Of a stretch of 44,385 nt of DNA, positions 17,865 through 26,924 are shown piece by piece (the stretch's first letter is position 1; the number at the start of each line of letters is the position of its first letter). This stretch comes from Pseudomonadota bacterium. Its GTDB lineage: Bacteria > Pseudomonadota > Gammaproteobacteria > Acidiferrobacterales > UBA6901. Below the pieces are notes generated by a model. That model was not told where the DNA came from. It searched no databases and saw nothing but the letters and a program-made list of their open reading frames with translations. Made by a program: the position numbers and the translations under genes. The DNA is taken from the NCBI GenBank assembly GCA_043738765.1, contig JAYUFH010000074.1, forward strand, positions 1 through 44,385. Direction: 5' to 3'.

Positions 17865-19901
17865 ATGGCACAAGGTACTTTCGGTAACCCCGAAGTTGTT
17901 CAAGAAGAGGTGGACATCCTCCTCATCGGCGGCGGCATGGCCTGCTGCGGTGCGGCGTTTGAAATCATGCGTTGGGCCGATGCGGCCAAGGCTGAATCCG
18001 GCGTTGACCTCAAAATCAAACTGGTCGACAAGGCCGCCATGGACCGCTCCGGCGCAGTGGCTCAGGGTCTGTCCGCCATCAACACCTACATCGGCCCCGA
18101 GCAGGATCCCGCCGACTACGCGCGCATGGTCTCTAACGACCTGATGGGCATCACGCGCGACGACCTGGCCTACGACCTGGGCCGCGTGGTGGACGACTCG
18201 GTGCATCTGTTCGAGGAATGGGGTCTGCCGATCTGGAAGACCGACGCCGACGGCGTACGTCACGACGGCGCCCACTCCATCGGCGAAGGCCTGCCGGCCC
18301 TGAAGGACGGCGGCAAGCCGGTGCGTTCGGGCAAGTGGCAGATCATGATCAACGGCGAGTCCTACAAGTGGATCGTGGCCGAGGCGGCGAAAAACGCCCT
18401 GGGCATGGACCGCATCCAGGAACGTATCTTCATCGTCAAGCTGATCAACGACAAGAACGACCCGTCGCGCATCGCCGGCGCCGTCGGCTTCTCGACCCGC
18501 GACCACAAAGTGATCGTGTACAAGTTCAAGGCCTGTCTGCTGGCCGCCGGTGGTTGCGTCAACCTGTTCCGTCCCCGCTCCGTCGGTGAAGGGCAGGGTC
18601 GCGCCTGGTACCCGGTGTGGAACGCCGGTTCGACCTACGCCATGGCCGCCGAGGCCGGCGCCGAGATGACCATGATGGAAAACCGCTTCGTACCCGCCCG
18701 CTTCAAGGACGGCTACGGCCCGGTCGGCGCCTGGTTCCTGCTGTTCAAGGCCAAGGCCATCAACGCCAACGGCGAAGTGTATATGGACCGCAACAAGGAG
18801 ATGCTGAACGACTACCCGCCATACGGTCAGGCGGCAGTCCCGGCGTCCTGCCTGCGAAACCATCTGATGCTGCATGAGATGAAGGAAGGCCGTGGTCCGA
18901 TCTACATGGACACCGTCGCGGCGCTCGCCAAACTGCGCGAGACCCTGACGCCGAAGGAAGTGAAGCACCTCGAAGCCGAGGCGTGGGAAGACTTCCTCGA
19001 CATGTGCATCGGCCAGTGCGGTATCTGGGTCGGTGAGAACATCGAGCCGGAGAAGAAGAACTCCGAACTGATGCCGACCGAACCGTATCTGCTAGGTTCC
19101 CATTCCGGCTGCTGCGGTATCTGGGTCTCGGGTCCGACAGACGTGGGCGCGCCCACGGACGAAGAGCACGAAGACAAGGGCAAGATCCCGGCGCACCTGC
19201 CGAAGGGCTGGAACTGGGGCTACCGCTCCATGACCACCGTCAAGGGTCTGTTCACCGCCGGCGACGGCGTGGGCGCCTCCGGCCACAAGTTCTCCTCCGG
19301 TTCGCACGCCGAAGGCCGTCTCGCCGCCAAGGCCATGGTCAAGTACTGCGTCGACAACAAGGACTTCAAACCGGAACTCGATACCCCGGTCGACCAGTTG
19401 GTCGCCGAGATCTACCAGCCGGTGAAGACGTTCCTGGAACACAAAGACTACACCACGGCCATCGACATCAACCCGCACTACATCACGCCCAAGATGCTGC
19501 AGTTCCGTCTGCAGAAGATCATGGACGAGTACGTGGCCGGCGTGGCGACCTACTACACCACCAACGAAAAGATGCTGAAGGTGGCGGAAGAGAAGCTGGA
19601 AATGCTCAAGGAAGACTCCCTGAAAATGCGTGCCAAGGACCTGCACGAGCTGCTGCGCGCGTGGGAAAACTATCACCGCGTGATCACCGCCGAAGCGCAC
19701 ATGAAGCACATTCAGTTCCGCGAGGAGTCCCGTTACCCGGGCTTCTACTACCGCATGGACAAGAACTTTGTCGATGAGAAGAACTGGAAGTGCTTCGTGA
19801 ACTCCATCTACGACCGCAAGTCGCACAAGTGGACGGTGTTCAAGCGCAAGCACATGGACCTGGTGGACAAGTCCAAGCTGTTCAAGGCCGCGGCCCACTG
19901 A
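17865..19901 (+). CDS. aprA: Adenylylsulfate (APS) reductase alpha subunit
   Basis: FAD fold DILLIGGGMACCGAAFE. Long flavoprotein with an AprA-type cap domain. Start taken at ATG 17865 (AAGGTG 8 nt upstream) rather than GTG 17856. Confidence 0.95.
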   Translation: MAQGTFGNPEVVQEEVDILLIGGGMACCGAAFEIMRWADAAKAESGVDLKIKLVDKAAMDRSGAVAQGLSAINTYIGPEQDPADYARMVSNDLMGITRDDLAYDLGRVVDDSVHLFEEWGLPIWKTDADGVRHDGAHSIGEGLPALKDGGKPVRSGKWQIMINGESYKWIVAEAAKNALGMDRIQERIFIVKLINDKNDPSRIAGAVGFSTRDHKVIVYKFKACLLAAGGCVNLFRPRSVGEGQGRAWYPVWNAGSTYAMAAEAGAEMTMMENRFVPARFKDGYGPVGAWFLLFKAKAINANGEVYMDRNKEMLNDYPPYGQAAVPASCLRNHLMLHEMKEGRGPIYMDTVAALAKLRETLTPKEVKHLEAEAWEDFLDMCIGQCGIWVGENIEPEKKNSELMPTEPYLLGSHSGCCGIWVSGPTDVGAPTDEEHEDKGKIPAHLPKGWNWGYRSMTTVKGLFTAGDGVGASGHKFSSGSHAEGRLAAKAMVKYCVDNKDFKPELDTPVDQLVAEIYQPVKTFLEHKDYTTAIDINPHYITPKMLQFRLQKIMDEYVAGVATYYTTNEKMLKVAEEKLEMLKEDSLKMRAKDLHELLRAWENYHRVITAEAHMKHIQFREESRYPGFYYRMDKNFVDEKNWKCFVNSIYDRKSHKWTVFKRKHMDLVDKSKLFKAAAH

Positions 19902-19902
19902 T

Positions 19903-19962
19903 TATGGTTCTTAGGGCGAGCACGCCACCTTTGTATGGTTCTTAGGGCGAGCACGCCACCTT
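19903..19962 (+). repeat. Perfect 29-bp tandem direct repeat (x2, 2-bp spacer) in the aprA 3' untranslated region
   Basis: TATGGTTCTTAGGGCGAGCACGCCACCTT at 19903-19931 and again at 19934-19962. It begins 2 nt after the aprA stop codon. Each copy carries a GGCG-agca-CGCC mini-hairpin behind TAGGG. Confidence 0.9.
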
Positions 19963-19988
19963 AGCCACACAAGTTAGTCAGTAGTCCG

Positions 19989-20027
19989 CCGGGCGCCCAG
20001 GAATACACGGGGCGCCCGGTTTTTTTT
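19989..20027 (+). terminator. Intrinsic terminator of the sat-aprBA unit
   Basis: CCGGGCGCCC (19989-19998) / 11-nt loop / GGGCGCCCGG (20010-20019), followed by T8 (20020-20027). Confidence 0.9.
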
Positions 20028-20118
20028 CAGCCACTGTTAAGTTTCCAAAACGCCCCGCGCAGCCGGTACGCTTTGGAAACTTGAACGTCGCCAAACCGTG
20101 AGTGCCAGAGGTGCAAAG

Positions 20119-20994
20119 ATGGATAAGCCTATCATCAACGATTCGCCGTTCCCCGTGAGCCCGGTCCTGCCGGAGATGCTGGACGGCAATACCGAGATAC
20201 AATTCCGCTGTCGCAAAGGCATAGAGTGCTGGAACGCCTGCTGCAGCAACATCGATATCTCCCTCACGCCGTACGACATACTGCGCCTGAGCCGCCGTCT
20301 CGGTCTCACCACCTCCGACTTCCTGGTAAAGTACACCTTCCCGTATGAGATCGACGCGAGCGGTATCGCCGGCGTAAAACTAATGCCCGTGGAAGGCGGC
20401 AGCGCCTGCCAGTTCATGCTGCCGGAAGGTTGCAGCGTGTACCAGGATCGTCCCACTTCGTGCCGTTATTATCCGGTGGCGCTGGTATCCATGCGCCGCA
20501 CCGACGAGAACACCGATCGCAGTTCCTTTGCGCTGGTCAAGGAGAGTCACTGCCTGGGGCACAACGAACCACGGTCCATCAGCATCGCCGACTACCGCAA
20601 GGAACAAGGCGTCGAGGAATACGACGAGATCGGCCGCGGCTGGCGCCAGCTGGTGCTGAAAAAGAAATCCTCCGGTCCCACCATCGGCAAACCCTCCAAA
20701 CGCAGCCTGCAACTGTTCTTCATGGCGTGCTACGACCTGGACCGCTTCCGCGAGTTCGTCCGCAGCGGCCCGTTCTCTGAAGTCTATGCCCTGCCCGCCG
20801 ATGAACTGCAGAAGATTCTCGACACCGATACCGAACTGATGCTGTTCGCCTTCCGCTTCCTGCGGCAGGTACTGTTCGGCGAGAACACCATCACGCTCCA
20901 GTCCGACGCACTGGAAAAACACCTGGAGCGCCGGCGCGAGGTCGAAGCGCTGCGCGCGGCCGAGGCGGCGAAGGGGCCGGACACGGGGGAATAG
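20119..20994 (+). CDS. YkgJ/FliB-type cysteine-cluster protein (CxxCxxCC-domain family)
   Basis: First Cys cluster FRCRKGIECWNACC. Second cluster CQFMLPEGCSVYQDRPTSCRYYP is typical of the UPF0153/YkgJ family. ATG 20119 is preceded by GAGGTG. Confidence 0.75.
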   Translation: MDKPIINDSPFPVSPVLPEMLDGNTEIQFRCRKGIECWNACCSNIDISLTPYDILRLSRRLGLTTSDFLVKYTFPYEIDASGIAGVKLMPVEGGSACQFMLPEGCSVYQDRPTSCRYYPVALVSMRRTDENTDRSSFALVKESHCLGHNEPRSISIADYRKEQGVEEYDEIGRGWRQLVLKKKSSGPTIGKPSKRSLQLFFMACYDLDRFREFVRSGPFSEVYALPADELQKILDTDTELMLFAFRFLRQVLFGENTITLQSDALEKHLERRREVEALRAAEAAKGPDTGE

Positions 20995-21051
20995 CGACAG
21001 GTGTCTGGCGCATGCGGCTACATGTACCGGCCTACACAGGCTTGAGTTAAT

Positions 21052-21678
21052 ATGAAACTGAATTCCAGCAATCCGGAGGAAATCAGCGCCCTCACGCTGG
21101 AGTACTACAATCAACACGCCGACGATTTCTTCGAGGGCACACGCGGTCACGATGTCGGCCAGAATATCGCTGCACTGCTGCGCTATATCGAATCTAAATC
21201 ACCTTACGCACTGCTCGATTTTGGCTGCGGGCCAGGGCGCGACCTCAAGACGTTTGCCGAACTCGGCCATCGTGCGGTGGGGTTGGAAGGCGCTGCACGC
21301 TTCGCTGCCATGGCGCGTGCGTACAGTGGCTGCGAAGTGTGGGAGCAGGATTTTCTCAAACTCGATCTGCCGCCTGGACATTTCGATGGTGTGTTTGCCA
21401 ACGCCGCGCTGTTTCATGTGCCCAGCCAGGGCCTACCGTGTCTGTTGCTGCAACTGCACGCAACCCTGAAGCCCGGTGGCGTGCTGTTCAGCTCCAACCC
21501 GCATGGACGTGACGAGGAAGGCTGGAACGGTGGGCGTTACGGCGCGTACTACACTCTCGACACCTGGCGTCGCTATCTCTCAGACGCAGGCTTCATCGAA
21601 CTCGCCCACTATTATCGCCCCGCCGACCGACCACGCGCGCAGCAGCCTTGGCTTGCCAGTGTCTGGCGCCGCAGTTGA
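21052..21678 (+). CDS. Class I SAM-dependent methyltransferase
   Basis: Motif I LLDFGCGPGRD, post-I GLEGA, and motif II/III FDGVFANAALFHV...LKPGGVLF. Confidence 0.85.
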   Translation: MKLNSSNPEEISALTLEYYNQHADDFFEGTRGHDVGQNIAALLRYIESKSPYALLDFGCGPGRDLKTFAELGHRAVGLEGAARFAAMARAYSGCEVWEQDFLKLDLPPGHFDGVFANAALFHVPSQGLPCLLLQLHATLKPGGVLFSSNPHGRDEEGWNGGRYGAYYTLDTWRRYLSDAGFIELAHYYRPADRPRAQQPWLASVWRRS

Positions 21679-21791
21679 GCATCGTCTCCACTAAACAATG
21701 ATGTTGATGTCAACGACGCCTTTCAACCTGCTACACTCAAGTGAATTCAGTACTGATATACCTCAGACACGCATAACAGAGGCAGCTAACT

Positions 21792-22298
21792 TTGAATAAT
21801 CCATATCAAACCCCTGCTTCAAAACTGGCGAAAAATACCCGTGATCTGGAATATGTGGGATTCTGGGCCAGGACCTGGGCCTCGATCATCGATTCTATTA
21901 TTTCATTGGCAGTGATTTATCCCCTATTGTACGCAGTGTACGGCAAGGCATATTTCGTGAAGACGAATTTTATTCTCGGGGTTGGCGATTTTTTGTTGAG
22001 TTACGTTCTGCCCGCCGCCGCGGTATTGCTTTTCTGGTTCTATAAATCCGCCACGCCCGGAAAGATGGTGATACGGGCAAGCATCGTTGACGCCAAGACT
22101 GGCGGGAAACCCTCCACGGGCCAACTGGTGGGACGCTATTTTTCCTACTACCTTTCCGCACTGCCTCTGTGTTTGGGTTTTTTCTGGGTGGGATGGGACG
22201 CTAAAAAACAGGGCTGGCATGATAAATTGGCCGGCACCGTGGTGGTCAGGCCGTCGGAACCAGGAACTAATGCGGTTCAATTCCCCGAACAGGCGTGA
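21792..22298 (+). CDS. RDD-family membrane protein
   Basis: YVGFWARTWASIIDSII..., three TM helices, and the C-terminal GWHDKLAGTVVV signature. TTG start as listed. Confidence 0.8.
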   Translation: MNNPYQTPASKLAKNTRDLEYVGFWARTWASIIDSIISLAVIYPLLYAVYGKAYFVKTNFILGVGDFLLSYVLPAAAVLLFWFYKSATPGKMVIRASIVDAKTGGKPSTGQLVGRYFSYYLSALPLCLGFFWVGWDAKKQGWHDKLAGTVVVRPSEPGTNAVQFPEQA

Positions 22299-22330
22299 TC
22301 ACTATTGCTTACCTGCGTACACATCCGGCG

Positions 22331-23059
22331 TTAGTGGGCGTGGATGTGCCCGTTGATTCCGGCGCTAGAATGGTTGTGAGCCCCGGGGGCCAACAACATG
22401 TACAGCCCGAAGGACAAGATCAACACACCGGCCACCTGGCGCACACGCCGCATGCGCGTGATTTCCCTGAGCCAGCGCGCCGCTGAACCCAGGGCGAGCA
22501 ACATCGGTAACGTACCGAGACCAAAAGCCAGCATGATGAGACCACCTTGCGCGGCCCCGCCGGCGGCGAGGGACCAGGCGAGCGCGCTGTAAACCAAACC
22601 GCACGGCAACCAGCCCCAAACGAGACCCAGGCCAAAGGCCTGCACCGGGCTTTTGGGTGGCAATAAACCACGCCCCCAGGGCTCGATGTGTCGCCACAAT
22701 CTGCCGCCGAGTTTCTCCAATCCTGTCAGGGCGTTCCACCACCCGGCGATGTATACGCCGAGGGCCAGCATGAACACCCCGGAGATCGCCCGGCCGACGC
22801 TCATCGCGGTGTGCGGCGTGAGGCCGCCTGTCAGTTGCGCGCCCAGCGCGCCCAGCAGCGCGCCGGCGATCACGTAACTCATAATACGACCGCTGTTGTA
22901 GGCAAGCAGGTAAGGGAGTAGACGTGCGTAGGACGTGCGCACTGGCGCGGGCAGTCCCATGGTTAGCGCCCCGGAGATACCGCCACACATGCCTATGCAA
23001 TGTATAGAGCCTAGCAGCCCCGCCAGAAACGCCGTCAACCAGGTAATTTCCGTCGACAT
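22331..23059 (-). CDS. DsbD_2/TauE-like membrane protein with metal-binding motifs; last gene of the cco operon
   Basis: 242 aa, about 6 TM. HCIGMCGG in TM1, WGWLPCGLVY in a later TM, and the C-terminal tail HNHSSAGINGHIHAH. Co-directional, 36 bp after ccoH. Confidence 0.7.
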   Translation of the reverse strand: MSTEITWLTAFLAGLLGSIHCIGMCGGISGALTMGLPAPVRTSYARLLPYLLAYNSGRIMSYVIAGALLGALGAQLTGGLTPHTAMSVGRAISGVFMLALGVYIAGWWNALTGLEKLGGRLWRHIEPWGRGLLPPKSPVQAFGLGLVWGWLPCGLVYSALAWSLAAGGAAQGGLIMLAFGLGTLPMLLALGSAARWLREITRMRRVRQVAGVLILSFGLYMLLAPGAHNHSSAGINGHIHAH

Positions 23060-23095
23060 AGCTGCTCTGCCGCTATAGGTTAGAAAACGTAGGCC

Positions 23096-23608
23096 TCAAC
23101 CCAACGGTGGTGTCGGTAGCATGCGCAAATGCGCCTCATCCGGCGTCACCAACAGCCCGACCAGACGCCAATCCCCCGCTTCGATCTGCAGGTCCCAATG
23201 ACCCTGCACCAGGTCTGGCAACGTCGTCTGATACTCCCCTGGGCGCTGCTGTTGCATCACCACCACACGGTCGAATCCTGCGCGCGTGGCATGCAGAAAA
23301 CTGACCTGGATGCTCGCGGGCAATACAGCCAGGTGTGTTGCCTTGAGTTGTACCTTCAACAGATGATGCGGGTAATCGATATCGAGAGTGCTTTCCAGTC
23401 CATGCGCCTGGGCCGCTTTGTCACGATGCAGGGTAAGGTTGATATTCTTTCCCTCCTGATAGTAGTCGTCGACCACCAGGCCGTCATAGGTGGTGATGGC
23501 AAAATACAGGATGGTCATGCCCATGATGACCGATACGATGGGGAATGCGACGATCAACCACATCATGCGCACGCGGTACCAGGGTTTCTTTTCAGTCGAA
23601 GTTTGCAT
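23096..23608 (-). CDS. ccoH: cbb3 oxidase assembly protein CcoH/FixH
   Basis: 170 aa. N-terminal KPWYRVRMMWLIVAFPIVSVIMGMT TM helix followed by DDYYQEGKNIN (FixH pattern). Start overlaps the ccoG stop. Confidence 0.85.
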   Translation of the reverse strand: MQTSTEKKPWYRVRMMWLIVAFPIVSVIMGMTILYFAITTYDGLVVDDYYQEGKNINLTLHRDKAAQAHGLESTLDIDYPHHLLKVQLKATHLAVLPASIQVSFLHATRAGFDRVVVMQQQRPGEYQTTLPDLVQGHWDLQIEAGDWRLVGLLVTPDEAHLRMLPTPPLG

Positions 23609-25209
23609 TAAGGTCTCAACGGTATAGGTCCAAGGAAGCGGGCGTCTTCGTGCACCGCCAGTCTTTTATCATCGGTCGCATGCAGCAGGAATTCAACTTC
23701 GCTACTGCGTTGTGTCAATTGTTCGGGATCCGCCACGAGACGCACGACGATATCCCGCGTCTGCCCGGCATCGACAGCGATGTCCGCAAACGCAGAGTCA
23801 AGCGTCAGACCTTCGATTCCGGTTGCAGCCAGGACATATCGGTGGCTGCTGTTATCCATATTCATGATCTTGAGTGTATAAACATTCTCAATCATGCCTT
23901 CGTTGGTCTCACGATAGAGACTGGTTCGGTCGCGCACGATATCCAGTTTCAATGGGACGCGCAGCAGTACCGACACGACCAATGCAAGGCTGATGGCCAT
24001 CAATATCAACGCATAGATCGCGACCCTGGGCCGGAATATCCGGCTCGGCTTGCCTTCGAGCGCGTTCTCTGTGGTGTAACGTATCAGCCCGCGCGGGTAA
24101 CCCATCTTGTCCATCACCGAATCGCACACGTCGACACAGGCGGCGCAGGCGATGCATTGATACTGCAACCCATCGCGTATGTCGATGCCCGTGGGGCACA
24201 CCTGCACGCAGAGGGTGCAGTCTATGCAGTTCCCGAGATTCTTGCTTTTTGGATCGATCAGGCGGTTACGCGCACCGCGCGGCTCGCCACGCGCCTTGTC
24301 GTAGGAAATAATCAAGGTATTACGATCGAACATCGCACCCTGAAAGCGCGCATACGGGCACATATAAGTGCAGACCTGCTCACGCAACCAACCGGCGTTG
24401 CCATAAGTCGCCAGGCCATAGAAAAACACCCAGAACGTCTCCCATGGCCCTAGAGAAAAACTAATCGTCGCCATGCTCAGTTCGCGGATGGGGGTAAAAA
24501 AGCCGACGAAGGTAAAACCGGTCCACAGCGAGAACAGCACCCACAGCGTGTGCTTGCCGCCAACTTTCAGAATTCTTTCACGATTCCAGGGTTGCTGCGC
24601 AAGCCGCATCTGCTGCATGCGATCGCCCTCGAGCTTGCGCTCCATCCACAGAAATATTTCAGTCCAGACGGTTTGCGGGCAAGTGAACCCGCACCAGACA
24701 CGGCCGGCGACGGCGGTAAACAGAAACAAGGCGAGTGCTGCAATAATCAGTATCACCGCGAGATAAAAAAGATCCTGCGGCCAGAACGTCCAGGCGAAGA
24801 GATTGAATTTGCGCGCCGGCAGGTCGATGAGAAATGCCTGGCGGTCCGTGCCCCAATCTATCCAGGGAAGACCGTAGAAAATTCCCAGCGTGAGACTGGC
24901 CAGGATAATGCGCAGGTCGGCAAAGAAGCCGTGCACCATGCGCGGATACACTTTCTGGTGTTGGGCATATAGCGATTCGTGCCTGGCATTCGCCTCGGCC
25001 AGGGTGACCATGCGCTGGCCGGCCTGCGGGCGCTGGCCGGCGAAGGGGCGATGTTTCTTTTCCACCGACGGGTTGTCGCCCGCGGGCTTGCGTCGCTTGG
25101 CCGCTTCCTGCGCCTCCACCAGAGACATGACGCGTTGCGGGGGCAACGTGTCATCCTTGCTCTGGGTGTCCTTGGCCTGCTGTTCCTTTTTGCTGCCCTT
25201 GTCCGTCAC
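23608..25209 (-). CDS. ccoG: cbb3 oxidase accessory ferredoxin-type protein CcoG/FixG
   Basis: CGFTCPQTVWTE, CTYMCPYARFQG, and CIDCTLCVQVCPTGIDIR...CIACAACVDVCD (two 4Fe-4S motifs). It has a charged N-terminal extension of about 60 aa. Two bp downstream of ccoP. Confidence 0.92.
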   Translation of the reverse strand: MTDKGSKKEQQAKDTQSKDDTLPPQRVMSLVEAQEAAKRRKPAGDNPSVEKKHRPFAGQRPQAGQRMVTLAEANARHESLYAQHQKVYPRMVHGFFADLRIILASLTLGIFYGLPWIDWGTDRQAFLIDLPARKFNLFAWTFWPQDLFYLAVILIIAALALFLFTAVAGRVWCGFTCPQTVWTEIFLWMERKLEGDRMQQMRLAQQPWNRERILKVGGKHTLWVLFSLWTGFTFVGFFTPIRELSMATISFSLGPWETFWVFFYGLATYGNAGWLREQVCTYMCPYARFQGAMFDRNTLIISYDKARGEPRGARNRLIDPKSKNLGNCIDCTLCVQVCPTGIDIRDGLQYQCIACAACVDVCDSVMDKMGYPRGLIRYTTENALEGKPSRIFRPRVAIYALILMAISLALVVSVLLRVPLKLDIVRDRTSLYRETNEGMIENVYTLKIMNMDNSSHRYVLAATGIEGLTLDSAFADIAVDAGQTRDIVVRLVADPEQLTQRSSEVEFLLHATDDKRLAVHEDARFLGPIPLRP

Positions 25210-25211
25210 AA

Positions 25212-26120
25212 TCAGGGGCTGGGGTGCGACAGACTGTAGACGTAGGTCGCCAGCAGATGCACCTTGGCTTCACCCAGGAAATCGCCGTGCGCCGGCATCT
25301 TGCCCTGACGTCCGCCGCTGATGCTCCGCAGGATCGCCTGCTGTGTGCCGCCGTAGAGCCATATATTATCAGTCAGATTCGGTGCGCCTATGGCCGGATT
25401 GCCTTTGGCATCCGCACCGTGGCAACCTGCGCAGGTCTTGGCGAATATCTCTTTGCCGGCGATGGCAGCATCCTCCGGCACCTTGCGGCCGCTCAGGCTC
25501 ATGATATAACTCGCAGCATTATACACACCCTCCTGACCGATCACCGGACCCCACGCCGGCATGATGCCGCCACGTCCGTTCATGATGCTCATCTGTATGT
25601 TTTCCGGGCTTCCTCCGTAAAGCCAATCGTTGTCGGTCAAGTTCGGAAAACCACTGTTGCCGTGGGCGTCCGCGCCATGACAGTTGGTGCAGTACGTCAT
25701 GTACAGGCGTTCGCCTATCTTCACGGCGTCCTTGTTACCGATGAGGGCAATGACATTCTCGTTGCGGTATTTCTCGAATATCGGCCCGTAGTGCTCGTCG
25801 GCCTTCTTCATTTCGTTCTCGTACTGGCCCAACTCCGACCATCCCAACAATCCTTTAATAGTTCCGAGTCCCGGGTACAAGGCCAAATAGATCACGGCAA
25901 AAATAAGCGTCAGGTAAAACAAGTTCAACCACCACTTGGGCAGCGGGTTGTTCAACTCCTGCAGGTCATCGTCCCAGACATGTCCCATGGGCTTGGCCTC
26001 CTCGCCCACCTTGAGCTTGCCCTTCGACATCCAGATCACCAGGGCAGTGATGCCCGCAATACTGATCACCACCAGTATCGTGATATACCATTGCCAGAAA
26101 CCGCTGGTAAAATCAGCCAT
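25212..26120 (-). CDS. ccoP: cbb3-type cytochrome c oxidase subunit CcoP (diheme)
   Basis: MADFTSGFWQWYITILVV (TM), WDDDLQELNNPLPKWW, and two CxxCH motifs (CTNCHG, CAGCHG). Start at ATG 26120. Confidence 0.93.
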   Translation of the reverse strand: MADFTSGFWQWYITILVVISIAGITALVIWMSKGKLKVGEEAKPMGHVWDDDLQELNNPLPKWWLNLFYLTLIFAVIYLALYPGLGTIKGLLGWSELGQYENEMKKADEHYGPIFEKYRNENVIALIGNKDAVKIGERLYMTYCTNCHGADAHGNSGFPNLTDNDWLYGGSPENIQMSIMNGRGGIMPAWGPVIGQEGVYNAASYIMSLSGRKVPEDAAIAGKEIFAKTCAGCHGADAKGNPAIGAPNLTDNIWLYGGTQQAILRSISGGRQGKMPAHGDFLGEAKVHLLATYVYSLSHPSP

Positions 26121-26295
26121 GTTTTTTTTCTCCAACGTCTGCCTGGGTGGAATCGGCGTCATCGTCGTCCAATGCCATGCGCGCAGCCTTGTCAAATTCA
26201 GTCTTGCGTTTACCACTCCAGGCCCAAACCCAGATTCCCAGAAAAAGTACCACGAGCACCACGGTCCAGTAGGCATGCATCATCACAAAGTCCAT
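26113..26295 (-). CDS. ccoQ: cbb3-type cytochrome c oxidase subunit CcoQ
   Basis: 60 aa, single TM helix (VVLVVLFLGIWVWAW) followed by an acidic tail. Lies between ccoO and ccoP and overlaps ccoP by 8 nt. Confidence 0.85.
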   Translation of the reverse strand: MDFVMMHAYWTVVLVVLFLGIWVWAWSGKRKTEFDKAARMALDDDDADSTQADVGEKKHG

Positions 26296-26298
26296 GGC

Positions 26299-26913
26299 TT
26301 ATCTCCTGGTCTTGATGGAGGTGCCCAGCACCTGCAGATAGGCGATGATGGCATCCATTTCCGTCTTGCCCTCCAACTCGCCGGGCGCCGCGGCAATCTC
26401 CTCATCCGTATAGGGATGACCGAGCATGCGCAACACGCGCATCTTTTTCTTAATATCACTGGCGTCGAGCTTGTTGGTTGCAAACCAGGGGAAACCCGGC
26501 ATGATGGATTCCGGCACCACGTCGCGCGGATTCATCAGATGCACGCGGTGCCATTCATCGCTATAGCGGCCGCCCACCCGCGCCAGGTCCGGCCCGGTGC
26601 GCTCGGAACCCCACTGAAACGGACGGTCGTAGACAAACTCGCCGGCCACCGAATAATGACCATAGCGCTCGGTCTCCGCGCGGAACGGCCGGATCATCTG
26701 CGAGTGGCAGACACTGCAGGATTCACGAATGTACAAATCGCGACCGGATAATTGCAATGCCGTATAGGGCTTCAGGCCTTCCACCGGTACGGTGGTGGAC
26801 TTCTGGAAGAACAACGGCACAATCTGCACCAGGCCACCAATGCTGATCACAAGCATGATGAATAACACCATGAGTCCGATATTGGTCTCGACTTTTTCGT
26901 GCGTTTTGGACAT
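26299..26913 (-). CDS. ccoO: cbb3-type cytochrome c oxidase subunit CcoO (monoheme)
   Basis: [21 protein letters not shown]...[16 protein letters not shown]. Confidence 0.95.
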   Translation of the reverse strand: MSKTHEKVETNIGLMVLFIMLVISIGGLVQIVPLFFQKSTTVPVEGLKPYTALQLSGRDLYIRESCSVCHSQMIRPFRAETERYGHYSVAGEFVYDRPFQWGSERTGPDLARVGGRYSDEWHRVHLMNPRDVVPESIMPGFPWFATNKLDASDIKKKMRVLRMLGHPYTDEEIAAAPGELEGKTEMDAIIAYLQVLGTSIKTRR

Positions 26914-26924
26914 ATCAGGGCTCC

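Noticed and set aside
21711-21722. GTTGATGTCAAC palindrome as an FNR site upstream of the RDD gene.
   Set aside because: The half-site spacing is wrong for FNR/CRP-family boxes (TTGAT-N4-ATCAA).
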